Below are positions 1-14,935 of a stretch of DNA of 64,000 nt, piece by piece (the stretch's first letter is position 1; each line of letters starts with the position of its first letter). The DNA comes from Auanema rhodensis (Eukaryota; Animalia; Nematoda). The translations under genes and the position numbers were made by a program. Below the pieces are notes generated by a model, which searched no databases, was not told where the DNA came from, and was given only the letters and a program-made list of their open reading frames with translations. The stretch spans positions 10,602,001-10,666,000 of the forward strand of contig OZ059899.1 of NCBI GenBank assembly GCA_964057225.1, in the 5' to 3' direction.

Positions 1-3000
1 TTTTTTTCTCATAAGAGTTTCTGAAATTTTAGGTGATCAAGGCCGTATATATTTTTTTCTGGAATTCGAAAGCATTTGGGATGGAATTTATAAAGAAAAG
101 AACTAGTTTTTCCTATTTTAAAACAAACAAAAAAAAATAAAATGAAAAAGATTGTTAGATATCCATCTTAAACTTATACATTTACTTCGATAAAGAGCCT
201 ATTAGTTTGAAATTTTATGTCTTACAGTTCTCCAACAGAACAGACTGATCCTGATTTCTCTATGATTACATCAAACTCTCGTTTGATATAAAAAAGAAGA
301 GGAATAACGTTTCCAGGATGTCATTGATATCGAATCTAGTGATATTGTAAAAAAATGTAATGTCAGCTCCATAGGTTTTCTCTTAATTTCTCTCATCACA
401 ATTGTCTTAGTTTTTTTTCTCATAAGAGTTTCTGAAATCTTAGGTGAACAAGGCCGTATATATTTTTTTCTGGAATTCGAAAGCATTTGGGATGGAAATT
501 AGAAAGAAAAGAACTAGTTTTTCCTATTTTAAAACAAACAAAAAAAAATAAAATGAAAAAGATTGTTAGATATCCAATTTAAACTTATACATTTACTTCG
601 ATAAAGAGCCTATTAGTTTGAAATTTTATGTCTTACAGTTCTCCAACAGAACAGACTGATCCTGATTTCTCTATGATTATATAAAACTCTCGTTTGATAT
701 AAAAAAAGAAGAGGAATAACGTTTCCAGGATGTCAATGATATCGAATCTAGTGATATTGTAGAAAAATGTAATGTCAGCTCCATAGGTTTTCTCTTAATT
801 TCTCTCATCACAATTGTCTTAGTTTTTTTTCTCATAAGAGTTTCTGAAATCTTAGGTGAACAAGGCCGTATATATTTTTTTCTGGAATTCGAAAGCATTT
901 GGGATGGAAATTAGAAAGAAAAGAACTAGTTTTTCCTATTCTAAAACAAACAAAAAAAAATAAAATGAAAAAGATTGTTAGATATCCATCTTAAACTTAT
1001 ACATTTACTTCGATAAAGAGCCTATTAGTTTGAAATTTTATGTCTTACAGTTCTCCAACAGAACAGACTGATCCTGATTTCTCTATGATTACATCAAACT
1101 CTCGTTTGATATAAAAAAGAAGAGGAATAACGTTTCCAGGATGTCATTGATATCGAATCTAGTGATATTGTAAAAAAATGTAATGTCAGCTCCATAGGTT
1201 TTCTCTTAATTTCTCTCATCACAATTGTCTTAGTTTTTTTTCTCATAAGAGTTTCTGAAATCTTAGGTGAACAAGGCCGTATATATTTTTTTCTGGAATT
1301 CGAAAGCATTTGGGATGGAAATTAGAAAGAAAAGAACTAGTTTTTCCTATTTTAAAACAAACAAAAAAAAATAAAATGAAAAAGATTGTTAGATATCCAA
1401 TTTAAACTTATACATTTACTTCGATAAAGAGCCTATTAGTTTGAAATTTTATGTCTTACAGTTCTCCAACAGAACAGACTGATCCTGATTTCTCTATGAT
1501 TATATAAAACTCTCGTTTGATATAAAAAAAGAAGAGGAATAACGTTTCCAGGATGTCAATGATATCGAATCTAGTGATATTGTAGAAAAATGTAATGTCA
1601 GCTCCATAGGTTTTCTCTTAATTTCTCTCATCACAATTGTCTTAGTTTTTTTTCTCATAAGAGTTTCTGAAATCTTAGGTGAACAAGGCCGTATATATTT
1701 TTTTCTGGAAATCGAAAGCATTTGGGATGGAAATTAGAAAGAAAAGAACTAGTTTTTCCTATTTTAAAACAAACAAAAAAAAATAAAATGAAAAAGATTG
1801 TTAGATATCCAATTTAAACTTATACATTTACTTCGATAAAGAGCCTATTAGTTTGAAATTTTATGTCTTACAGTTCTCCAACAGAACAGACTGATCCTGA
1901 TTTCTCTATGATTATATAAAACTCTCGTTTGATATAAAAAAAGAAGAGGAATAACGTTTCCAGGATGTCAATGATATCGAATCTAGTGATATTGTAGAAG
2001 AATGTAATGTCAGCTCCATAGGTTTTCTCTTAATTTCTCTCATCACAATTGTCTTAGTTTTTTTTCTCATAAGAGTTTCTGAAATCTTAGGTGAACAAGG
2101 CCGTATATATTTTTTTCTGGAATTCGAAAGCATTTGGGATGGAAATTAGAAAGAAAAGAACTAGTTTTTCCTATTCTAAAACAAACAAAAAAAAATAAAA
2201 TGAAAAAGATTGTTAGATATCCAATTTAAACTTATACATTTACTTCGATAAAGAGCCCATTAGTTTGAAATTTTATGTCTTACAGTTCTCCAACAGAACA
2301 GACTGATCCTGATTTCTCTATGATTACATAAAACTCTCGTTTGATATAAAAAAGAAGAGGAATAACGTTTCCAGGATGTCATTGATATCGAATCTAGTGA
2401 TATTGTAAAAAAATGTAATGTCAGCTCCATAGGTTTTCTCTTAATTTCTCTCATCACAATTGTCTTAGTTTTTTTTCTCATAAGAGTTTCTGAAATCTTA
2501 GGTGAACAAGGCCGTATATATTTTTTTCTGGAATTCGAAAGCATTTGGGATGGAAATTAGAAAGAAAAGAACTAGTTTTTCCTATTCTAAAACAAACAAA
2601 AAAAAATAAAATGAAAAAGATTGTTAGATATCCAATTTAAACTTATACATTTACTTCGATAAAGAGCCCATTAGTTTGAAATTTTATGTCTTACAGTTCT
2701 CCAACAGAACAGACTGATCCTGATTTCTCTATGATTACATAAAACTCTCGTTTGATATAAAAAAGAAGAGGAATAACGTTTCCAGGATGTCAATGATATC
2801 GAATCTAGTGATATTGTAGAAAAATGTAATGTCAGCTCCATAGGTTTTCTCTTAATTTCTCTCATCACAATTGTCTTAGTTTTTTTTCTCATAAGAGTTT
2901 CTGAAATCTTAGGTGAACAAGGCCGTATATATTTTTTTCTGGAATTCGAAAGCATTTGGGATGGAAATTACAAAGAAAAGAACTAGTTTTTCCTATTTTA

Positions 3001-6000
3001 AAACAAACAAAAAAAAATAAAATGAAAAAGATTGTTAGATATCCAATTTAAACTTATACATTTACTTCGATAAAGAGCCTATTAGTTTGAAATTTTATGT
3101 CTTACAGTTCTCCAACAGAACAGACTGATCCTGATTTCTCTATGATTATATAAAACTCTCGTTTGATATGAAAAAAGAAGAGGAATAACGTTTCCAGGAT
3201 GTCAATGATATCGAATCTAGTGATATTGTAGAAAAATGTAATGTCAGCTCCATAGGTTTCTCTTAATTTCTCTCATCACAATTGTCTTAGTTTTTTTTCT
3301 CATAAGAGTTTCTGAAATCTTAGGTGAACAAGGCCGTATATATTTTTTTCTGGAATTCGAAAGCATTTGGGATGGAAATTAGAAAGAAAAGAACTAGTTT
3401 TTCCTATTTTAAAACAAACAAAAAAAATAAAATGAAAAAGATTGTTAGATATCCAATTTAAACTTATACATTTACTTCGATAAAGAGCCCATTAGTTTGA
3501 AATTTTATGTCTTACAGTTCTCCAACAGAACAGACTGATCCTGATTTCTCTATGATTACATAAAACTCTCGTTTGATATAAAAAAAGAAGAGGAATAACG
3601 TTTCCAGGATGTCATTGATATCGAATCTAGTGATATTGTAAAAAAATGTAATGTCAGCTCCATAGGTTTTCTCTTAATTTCTCTCATCACAATTGTCTTA
3701 GTTTTTTTTCTCATAAGAGTTTCTGAAATCTTAGGTGAACAAGGCCGTATATATTTTTTTCTGGAATTCGAAAGCATTTGGGATGGAAATTAGAAAGAAA
3801 AGAACTAGTTTTTCCTATTTTAAAACAAACAAAAAAAAATAAAATGAAAAAGATTGTTAGATATCCAATTTAAACTCATACATTTACTTTGATAAAGAGC
3901 CTATTAGTTTAAAATTTTATGTCTTACAGTTCTCCAACAGAACAGACTGATCCTGATTTCTCTATGATTACATAAAACTCTCGTTTGATATAAAAAAAGA
4001 AGAGGAATAACGTTTCCAGGATGTCAATGATATCGAATCTAGTGATATTGTAGAAAAATGTAATGTCAGCTCCATAGGTTTTCTCTTAATTTCTTTCATC
4101 ACAATTGTCTTAGTTTTTTTTCTCATAAGAGTTTCTGAAATCTCAGGTGAACAAGGCCGTATATATTTTTTTCTGGAATTCGAAAGCATTTGGGATGGAA
4201 ATTGGAAAGAAAAGAACTAGTTTTTCCTACTTTAAAACAAACAATAAGAAATAAAATAAAAAAGATTGTTAGATATCCAATTTAAACTCATACATTTACT
4301 TTGATAAAGAGCCTATTAGTTTAAAATTTTATGTCTTACAGTTCTCCAACAGAACAGACTGATCCTGATTTCTCTATGATTACATAAAACTCTCGTTTGA
4401 TATAAAAAAAGAAGAGGAATAACGTTTCCAGGATGTCAATGATATCGAATCTAGTGATATTGTAAAAAAATGTAATGTCAGCTCCATAGGTTTTCTCTTA
4501 ATTTCTCTCATCACAATTGTCTTAGTTTTTTTTCTCATAAGAGTTTCTGAAATCTTAGGTGAACAAGGCCGTATATATTTTTTTCTGGAATTCGAAAGCA
4601 TTTGGGATGGAAATTAGAAAGAAAAGAACTAGTTTTTCCTATTTTAAAACAAACAAAAAAAAATAAAATGAAAAAGATTGTTAGATATTCAATTTAAACT
4701 TATACATTTACTTCGATAAAGAGCCTATTAGTTTGAAATTTTATGTCTTACAGTTCTCCAACAGAACAGACTGATCCTGATTTCTCTATGATTACATCAA
4801 ACTCTCGTTTGATATAAAAAAAAGAAGAGGAATAACGTTTCCAGGATGTCATTGATATCGCATCTAGTGATATTGTAGAAAAATGTAATGTCAGCTCCAT
4901 AGGTTTTCTCTTAATTTCTCTCATCACAATTGTCTTAGTTTTTTTTCTCATAAGAGTTTCTGAAATCTTAGGTGAACAAGGCCGTATATATTTTTTTCTG
5001 GAATTCGAAAGCATTTGGGATGGAAATTGGAAAGAAAAGAACTAGTTTTTCCTACTTTAAAACAAACAATAAGAAATAAAATAAAAAAGATTGTTAGATA
5101 TCCAATTTAAACTCATACATTTACTTTGATAAAGAGCCTATTAGTTAAAAATTTTATGTCTTACAGTTCTCCAACAGAACAGACTGATCCTGATTTCTCT
5201 ATGATTACATAAAACTCTCGTTTGATATAAAAAAAGAAGAGGAATAACGTTTCCAGGATGTCAATGATATCGAATCTAGTGATATTGTAAAAAAATGTAA
5301 TGTCAGCTCCATAGGTTTTCTCTTAATTTCTCTCATCACAATTGTCTTAGTTTTTTTTCTCATAAGAGTTTCTGAAATCTTAGGTGAACAAGGCCGTATA
5401 TATTTTTTTCTGGAATTCGAAAGCATTTGGGATGGAAATTAGAAAGAAAAGAACTAGTTTTTCTTATTTTAAAACAAACAAAAAAAAATAAAATGAAAAA
5501 GATTGTTAGATATTCAATTTAAACTTATACATTTACTTCGATAAAGAGCCTATTAGTTTGAAATTTCATGTCTTACAGTTCTCCAACAGAACAGACTGAT
5601 CCTGATTTCTCTATGATTACATCAAACTCTCGTTTGATATAAAAAAAAGAAGAGGAATAACGTTTCCAGGATGTCATTGATATCGAATCTAGTGATATTG
5701 TAGAAAAATGTAATGTCAGCTCCATAGGTTTTCTCTTAATTTCTCTCATCACAATTGTCTTAATTTTTTTTCTCATAAGAGTTTCTGAAATCTTAGGTGA
5801 ACAAGGCCGTATATATTTTTTTCTGGAATTCGAAAGCATTTGGGATGGAAATTGGAAAGAAAAGAACTAGTTTTTCCTACTTTAAAACAAACAATAAGAA
5901 ATAAAATAAAAAAGATTGTTAGATATCCAATTTAAACTCATACATTTACTTTGATAAAGAGCCTATTAGTTTAAAATTTTATGTCTTACAGTTCTCCAAC

Positions 6001-9000
6001 AGAACAGACTGATCCTGATTTCTCTATGATTACATAAAACTCTCGTTTGATATAAAAAAAGAAGAGGAATAACGTTTCCAGGATGTCAATGATATCGAAT
6101 CTAGTGATATTGTAGAAAAATGTAATGTCAGCTCCATAGGTTTTCTCTTAATTTCTCTCATCACAATTGTCTTAGTTTTTTTTTCTCATAAGAGTTTCTG
6201 AAATTTTAGGTGATCAAGGCCGTATATATTTTTTTCTGGAATTCGAAAGCATTTGGGATGGAAATTATAAAGAAAAGAACTAGTTTTTCCTATTTTAAAA
6301 CAAACAAAAAAAAATGAAATGAAAAAGATTGTTAGATATCCATCTTAAACTTATACATTTACTTCGATAAAGAGCCTATTAGTTTGAAATTTTATGTCTT
6401 ACAGTTCTCCAACAGAACAGACTGATCCTGATTTCTCTATGATTACATCAAACTCTCGTTTGATATAAAAAAGAAGAGGAATAACGTTTCCAGGATGTCA
6501 TTGATATCGAATCTAGTGATATTGTAAAAAAATGTAATGTCAGCTCCATAGGTTTTCTCTTAATTTCTCTCATCACAATTGTCTTAGTTTTTTTTCTCAT
6601 AAGAGTTTCTGAAATCTTAGGTGAACAAGGCCGTATATAATTTTTTCTGTTATTCGAAAGCATTTGGGATGGATATTAGAAGGAAAAGAACTAGTTTTTC
6701 CTACTTTAAAACAAACAATAAGAAATAAAATAAAAAAGAATGTTAGATATCCAATTTAAACTTATACATTTACTTTGATAAAGAGCCTATTAGTTTGAAA
6801 TTTTATGTCTTACAGTTCTCCAACAGAACAGACTGATCCTGATTTCTCTATGATTATATAAAACTCTCGTTTGGTATAAAAAAAGAAGAGGAATAACGTT
6901 TCCAGGATGTCAATGATATCGAATCTAGTGATATTGTAGAAAAATGTAATGTCAGCTCCATAGGTTTTCTCTTAATTTCTCTCATCACAATTGTCTTAGT
7001 TTTTTTTCTCATAAGAGTTTCTGAAATCTTAGGTGAACAAGGCCGTATATATTTCTTTCTGGAATTCGAAAGCATTTGTGATGGAAATTAGAAAGAAAAG
7101 AACTAGTTTTTCCTATTTTAAAACAAACAAAAAAAAATAAAATGAAAAAGATTGTTAGATATCCAATTTAAACTTATACATTTACTTCGATAAAGAGCCT
7201 ATTAGTTTGAAATTTTATGTCTTACAGTTCTCCAACAGAACAGACTGATCCTGATTTCTCTATGATTATATAAAACTCTCGTTTGATATAAAAAAAGAAG
7301 AGGAATAACGTTTCCAGGATGTCAATGATATCGAATCTAGTGATATTGTAGAAAAATGTAATGTCAGCTCCATAGGTTTTCTCTTAATTTCTCTCATCAC
7401 AATTGTCTTAGTTTTTTTTTCTCATAAGAGTTTCTGAAATCTTAGGTGAACAAGGCCGTATATATTTTTTTCTGGAATTCGAAAGCATTTGGGATGGAAA
7501 TTAGAAAGAAAAGAACTAGTTTTTCCTATTTTAAAACAAACAAAAAAAAATAAAATGAAAAAGATTGTTAGATATCCAATTTAAACTTATACATTTACTT
7601 CGATAAAGACCCTATTAATTTGAAATTTTATGTCTTACAGTTCTCCAACAGAACAGACTGATCCTGATTTCTCTATGATTACATAAAACTCTCGTTTGAT
7701 ATAAAAAAAGAAGAGGAATAACGTTTCCAGGATGTCAATGATATCGAATCTAGTGATATTGTAGAAAAATGTAATGTCAGCTCCATAGGTTTTCTCTTAA
7801 TTTCTCTCATCACAATTGTCTTAGTTTTTTTTCTCATAAGAGTTTCTGAAATCTTAGGTGAACAAGGCCGTATATATTTTTTTCTGGAATTCGAAAGCAT
7901 TTGGGATGGAAATTAGAAAGAAAAGAACTAGTTTTTCCTATTTTAAAACAAACAAAAAAAAATAAAATGAAAAAGATTGTTAGATATCCAATTTAAACTT
8001 ATACATTTACTTCGATAAAGAGCCTATTAGTTTGAAATTTTATGTCTTACAGTTCTCCAACAGAACAGACTGATCCTGATTTCTCTATGATTATATAAAA
8101 CTCTCGTTTGATATAAAAAAAGAAGAGGAATAACGTTTCCAGGATGTCAATGATATCGAATCTAGTGATATTGTAGAAAAATGTAATGTCAGCTCCATAG
8201 GTTTTCTCTTAATTTCTCTCATCACAATTGTCTTAGTTTTTTTTCTCATAAGAGTTTCTGAAATCTTAGGTGAACAAGGCCGTATATATTTTTTTCTGGA
8301 ATTCGAAAGCATTTGGGATGGAAATTAGAAAGAAAAGAACTAGTTTTTCCTATTTTAAAACAAACAAAAAAAAATAAAATGAAAAAGATTGTTAGATATC
8401 CATCTTAAACTTATACATTTACTTCGATAAAGAGCCTATTAGTTTGAAATTTTATGTCTTACAGTTCTCCAACAGAACAGACTGATCCTGATTTCTCTAT
8501 GATTACATCAAACTCTCGTTTGATATAAAAAAGAAGAGGAATAACGTTTCCAGGATGTCATTGATATCGAATCTAGTGATATTGTAAAAAAATGTAATGT
8601 CAGCTCCATAGGTTTTCTCTTAATTTCTCTCATCACAATTGTCTTAGTTTTTTTTCTCATAAGAGTTTCTGAAATCTTAGGTGAACAAGGCCGTATATAT
8701 TTTTTTCTGGAATTCGAAAGCATTTGGGATGGATATTAGAAGGAAAAGAACTAGTTTTTCCTACTTTAAAACAAACAATAAGAAATAAAATAAAAAAGAA
8801 TGTTAGATATCCAATTTAAACTTATACATTTACTTTGATAAAGAGCCTATTAGTTTGAAATTTTATGTCTTACAGTTCTCCAACAGAACAGACTGATCCT
8901 GATTTCTCTATGATTATATAAAACTCTCGTTTGGTATAAAAAAAGAAGAGGAATAACGTTTCCAGGATGTCAATGATATCGAATCTAGTGATATTGTAGA

Positions 9001-12000
9001 AAAATGTAATGTCAGCTCCATAGGTTTTCTCTTAATTTCTCTCATCACAATTGTCTTAGTTTTTTTTCTCATAAGAGTTTCTGAAATCTTAGGTGAACAA
9101 GGCCGTATATATTTTTTTCTGGAATTCGAAAGCATTTGGGATGGAAATTAGAAAGAAAAGAACTAGTTTTTCCTATTTTAAAACAAACAAAAAAAAATAA
9201 AATGAAAAAGATTGTTAGATATCCAATTTAAACTTATACATTTACTTCGATAAAGAGCCTATTAGTTTGAAATTTTATGTCTTACAGTTCTCCAACAGAA
9301 CAGACTGATCCTGATTTTTCTATGATTATATAAAACTCTCGTTTGATATAAAAAAAGAAGAGGAATAACGTTTCCAGGATGTCAATGATATCGAATCTAG
9401 TGATATTGTAGAAAAATGTAATGTCAGCTCCATAGGTTTTCTCTTAATTTCTCTCATCACAATTGTCTTAGTTTTTTTTTCTCATAAGAGTTTCTGAAAT
9501 CTTAGGTGAACAAGGCCGTATATATTTTTTTCTGGAATTCGAAAGCATTTGGGATGGAAATTAGAAAGAAAAGAACTAGTTTTTCCTATTTTAAAACAAA
9601 CAAAAAAAAATAAAATGAAAAAGATTGTTAGATATCCAATTTAAACTTATACATTTACTTCGATAAAGACCCTATTAATTTGAAATTTTATGTCTTACAG
9701 TTCTCCAACAGAACAGACTGATCCTGATTTCTCTATGATTACATAAAACTCTCGTTTGATATAAAAAAAGAAGAGGAATAACGTTTCCAGGATGTCAATG
9801 ATATCGAATCTAGTGATATTGTAGAAAAATGTAATGTCAGCTCCATAGGTTTTCTCTTAATTTCTCTCATCACAATTGTCTTAGTTTTTTTTCTCATAAG
9901 AGTTTCTGAAATCTTAGGTGAACAAGGCCGTATATATTTTTTTCTGGAATTCGAAAGCATTTGGGATGGAAATTAGAAAGAAAAGAACTAGTTTTTCCTA
10001 TTTTAAAACAAACAAAAAAAAATAAAATGAAAAAGATTGTTAGATATCCAATTTAAACTTATACATTTCCTTCGATAAAGAGCCTATTAGTTTGAAATTT
10101 TATGTCTTACAGTTCTCCAACAGAACAGACTGATCCTGATTTCTCTATGATTATATAAAACTCTCGTTTGATATAAAAAAAGAAGAGGAATAACGTTTCC
10201 AGGATGTCAATGATATCGAATCTAGTGATATTGTAGAAAAATGTAATGTCAGCTCCATAGGTTTTCTCTTAATTTCTCTCATCACAATTGTCTTAGTTTT
10301 TTTTTCTCATAAGAGTTTCTGAAATCTTAGGTGAACAAGGCCGTATATATTTTTTTCTGGAATTCGAAAACATTTGGGATGGAAATTAGAAAGAAAAGAA
10401 CTAGTTTTTCCTATTTTAAAACAAACAAAAAAAAAATGAAAAAGATTGTTAGATATCCAATTTAAACTTATACATTTACTTCGATAAAGAGCCTATTAGT
10501 TTGAAATTTTATGTCTTACAGTTCTCCAACAGAACAGACTGATCCTGATTTCTCTATGATTACATAAAACTCTCGTTTGATATAAAAAAAGAAGAGGAAT
10601 AACGTTTCCAGGATGTCAATGATATCGAATCTAGTGATATTGTAGAAAAATGTAATGTCAGCTCCATAGGTTTTCTCTTAATTTCTCTCATCACAATTGT
10701 CTTAGTTTTTTTTCTCATAAGAGTTTCTGAAATCTTAGGTGAACAAGGCCGTATATATTTTTTTCTGGAATTCGAAAGCATTTAGGATGGAAATTGGAAA
10801 GAAAAGAACTAGTTTTTCCTACTTTAAAACAAACAATAAGAAATAAAATAAAAAAGATTGTTAGATATCCAATTTAAACTCATACATTTACTTTGATAAA
10901 GAGCCTATTAGTTTAAAATTTTATGTCTTACAGTTCTCCAACAGAACAGACTGATCCTGATTTCTCTATGATTACATAAAACTCTCGTTTGATATAAAAA
11001 AAGAAGAGGAATAACGTTTCCAGGATGTCAATGATATCGAATCTAGTGATATTGTAAAAAAATGTAATGTCAGCTCCATAGGTTTTCTCTTAATTTCTCT
11101 CATCACAATTGTCTTAGTTTTTTTTCTCATAAGAGTTTCTGAAATCTTAGGTGAACAAGGCCGTATATATTTTTTTCTGGAATTCGAAAGCATTTGGGAT
11201 GGATATTAGAAGGAAAAGAACTAGTTTTTCCTACTTTAAAACAAACAATAAGAAATAAAATAAAAAAGATTGTTAGATATCCAATTTAAACTTATACATT
11301 TACTTTGATAAAGAGTCTATTAGTTTGAAATTTTATGTCTTACAGTTCTCCAACAGAACAGACTGATCCTGATTTCTCTATGATTACATAAAACTCTCGT
11401 TTGATATAAAAAAAGAAGAGGAATAACGTTTCCAGGATGTCAATGATATCGAATCTAGTGATATTGTAGAAAAATGTAATGTCAGCTCCATAGGTTTTCT
11501 CTTAATTTCTCTCATCACAATTGTCTTAGTTTTTTTTCTCATTAGAGTTTCTGAAATCTTAGGTGAACAAGGCCGTATATATTTTTTTCTGGAATTCGAA
11601 AGCATTTGGGATGAACATTAGAAGGAAAAGAACTAGTTTTTCCTACTTTAAAACAAACAATAAGAAATAAAATAAAAAAGATTGTTAGATATCCAATTTA
11701 AACTTATACATTTACTTCGATAAAGAGCCTATTAGTTTGAAATTTTATGTCTTACAGTTCTCCAACAGAACAGACTGATCCTGATTTCTCTATGATTACA
11801 CAAAACTCTCGTTTGATATACAAAAAGGAGAGGAATAACGTTTCCAGGATATCAATGATATCGAATCTAGTGATATTGTAAAAAAATGTAATGTCAGCTC
11901 CATAGGTTTTCTCTTAATTTCTCTCATCACAATTGTCTTAGTTTTTTTTCTCATAAGAGTTTCTGAAATCTTAGGTGAACAAGGCCGTATATATTTTTTT

Positions 12001-14862
12001 CTGGAATTCGAAAGCATTTGGGATGGATATTAGAAGGAAAAGAACTAGTTTTTCCTACTTTAAAACAAACAATAAGAAATAAAATAAAAAAGATTGTTAG
12101 ATATCCAATTTAAACTTATACATTTACTTTGATAAAGAGCCTATTAGTTTGAAATTTTATGTCTTACAGTTCTCCAACAGAACAGACTGATCCTGATTTC
12201 TCTATGATTACATAAAACTCTCGTTTGATATAAAAAAAGAAGAGGAATAACGTTTCCAGGATGTCAATGATATCGAATCTAGTGATATTGTAGAAAAATG
12301 TAATGTCAGCTCCATAGGTTTTCTCTTAATTTCTCTCATCACAATTGTCTTAGTTTTTTTTCTCATTAGAGTTTCTGAAATCTTAGGTGAACAAGGCCGT
12401 ATATATTTTTTTCTGGAATTCGAAAGCATTTGGGATGGACATTAGAAGGAAAAGAACTAGTTTTTCCTACTTTAAAACAAACAATAAGAAATAAAATAAA
12501 AAAGATTGTTAGATATCCAATTTAAACTTATACATTTACTTCGATAAAGAGCCTATTAGTTTGAAATTTTATGTCTTACAGTTCTCCAACAGAACAGACT
12601 GATCCTGATTTCTCTATGATTACACAAAACTCTCGTTTGATATACAAAAAGGAGAGGAATAACGTTTCCAGGATATCAATGATATCGAATCTAGTGATAT
12701 TGTAAAAAAATGTAATGTCAGCTCCATAGGTTTTCTCTTAATTTCTCTCATCACAATTGTCTTAGTTTTTTTTCTCATAAGAGTTTCTGAAATCTTAGGT
12801 GAACAAGGCCGTATATATTTTTTTCTGGAATTCGAAAGCATTTGGGATGGATATTAGAAGGAAAAGAACTAGTTTTTCCTACTTTAAAACAAACAATAAG
12901 AAATAAAATAAAAAAGATTGTTAGATATCCAATTTAAACTTATACATTTACTTTGATAAAGAGCCTATTAGTTTGAAATTTTATGTCTTACAGTTCTCCA
13001 ACAGAACAGACTGATCCTGATTTCTCTATGATTACATAAAACTCTCGTTTGATATAAAAAAAGAAGAGGAATAACGTTTCCAGGATGTCAATGATATCGA
13101 ATCTAGTGATATTGTAGAAAAATGTAATGTCAGCTCCATAGGTTTTCTCTTAATTTCTCTCATCACAATTGTCTTAGTTTTTTTTCTCATTAGAGTTTCT
13201 GAAATCTTAGGTGAACAAGGCCGTATATATTTTTTTCTGGAATTCGAAAGCATTTGGGATGGACATTAGAAGGAAAAGAACTAGTTTTTCCTACTTTAAA
13301 ACAAACAATAAGAAATAAAATAAAAAAGATTGTTAGATATCCAATTTAAACTTATACATTTACTTCGATAAAGAGCCTATTAGTTTGAAATTTTATGTCT
13401 TACAGTTCTCCAACAGAACAGACTGATCCTGATTTCTCTATGATTACACAAAACTCTCGTTTGATATACAAAAAGGAGAGGAATAACGTTTCCAGGATAT
13501 CAATGATATCGAATCTAGTGATATTGTAAAAAAATGTAATGTCAGCTCCATAGGTTTTCTCTTAATTTCTCTCATCACAATTGTCTTAGTTTTTTTTCTC
13601 ATAAGAGTTTCTGAAATCTTAGGTGAACAAGGCCGTATATATTTTTTTCTGGAATTCGAAAGCATTTGGGATGGATATTAGAAGGAAAAGAACTAGTTTT
13701 TCCTACTTTAAAACAAACAATAAGAAATAAAATAAAAAAGATTGTTAGATATCCAATTTAAACTTATACATTTACTTTGATAAAGAGCCTATTAGTTTGA
13801 AATTTTATGTCTTACAGTTCTCCAACAGAACAGACTGATCCTGATTTCTCTATGATTACATAAAACTCTCGTTTGATATAAAAAAAGAAGAGGAATAACG
13901 TTTCCAGGATGTCAATGATATCGAATCTAGTGATATTGTAGAAAAATGTAATGTCAGCTCCATAGGTTTTCTCTTAATTTCTCTCATCACAATTGTCTTA
14001 GTTTTTTTTCTCATTAGAGTTTCTGAAATCTTAGGTGAACAAGGCCGTATATATTTTTTTCTGGAATTCGAAAGCATTTGGGATGGACATTAGAAGGAAA
14101 AGAACTAGTTTTTCCTACTTTAAAACAAACAATAAGAAATAAAATAAAAAAGATTGTTAGATATCCAATTTAAACTTATACATTTACTTCGATAAAGAGC
14201 CTATTAGTTTGAAATTTTATGTCTTACAGTTCTCCAACAGAACAGACTGATCCTGATTTCTCTATGATTACACAAAACTCTCGTTTGATATACAAAAAGG
14301 AGAGGAATAACGTTTCCAGGATATCAATGATATCGAATCTAGTGATATTGTAGAAAAATGTAATGTCAGCTCCATAGTTTTTCTCTAAATTTCTCTCATC
14401 ACAATAGTCTTATTTTTTTTTCATAAGAGTTTCTGAAATCTTAGTTGAACAAGGCCGTATATATTTTTTTCTGGAATTCGAAAGCATTTGGGATGGATAT
14501 TAGAAGGAAAAGAACTAGTTTTTCCTACTTTAAAACAAACAATAAGAAATAAAATAAAAAAGATTGTTAGATATCCAATTTAAACTTATACATTTACTTT
14601 GATAAAGAGCCTATTAGTTTGAAATTTTATGTCTTACAGTTCTCCAACAGAACAGACTGATCCTGATTTCTCTATGATTACATAAAACTCTCGTTTGATA
14701 TAAAAAAAGAAGAGGAATAACGTTTCCAGGATGTCAATGATATCGAATCTAGTGATATTGTAGAAAAATGTAATGTCAGCTCCATAGGTTTTCTCTTAAT
14801 TTCTCTCATCACAATAGTCTTATTTTTTTTTCATAAGAGTTTCTGAAATCTTAGTTGAACAA

Positions 14863-14935
14863 GGCCGCGTGGCGCAATGGATAACGCGTCTGCCTACGGA
14901 GCAGAAGATTGTAGGTTCGAATCCTGCCGTGGTCG
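14863..14935 (+). tRNA. trnR-ACG: tRNA-Arg(ACG), intact allele
   Basis: 73-nt cloverleaf GGCCGCGTGGCGCAATGGATAACGCG TCTGC-CT-ACG-GA-GCAGA AGATT GTAGG-TTCGAAT-CCTGC CGTGGTCG. A box TGGCGCAATGG, B box GGTTCGAATCC, and an oligo-T Pol III terminator immediately downstream. Confidence 0.96.
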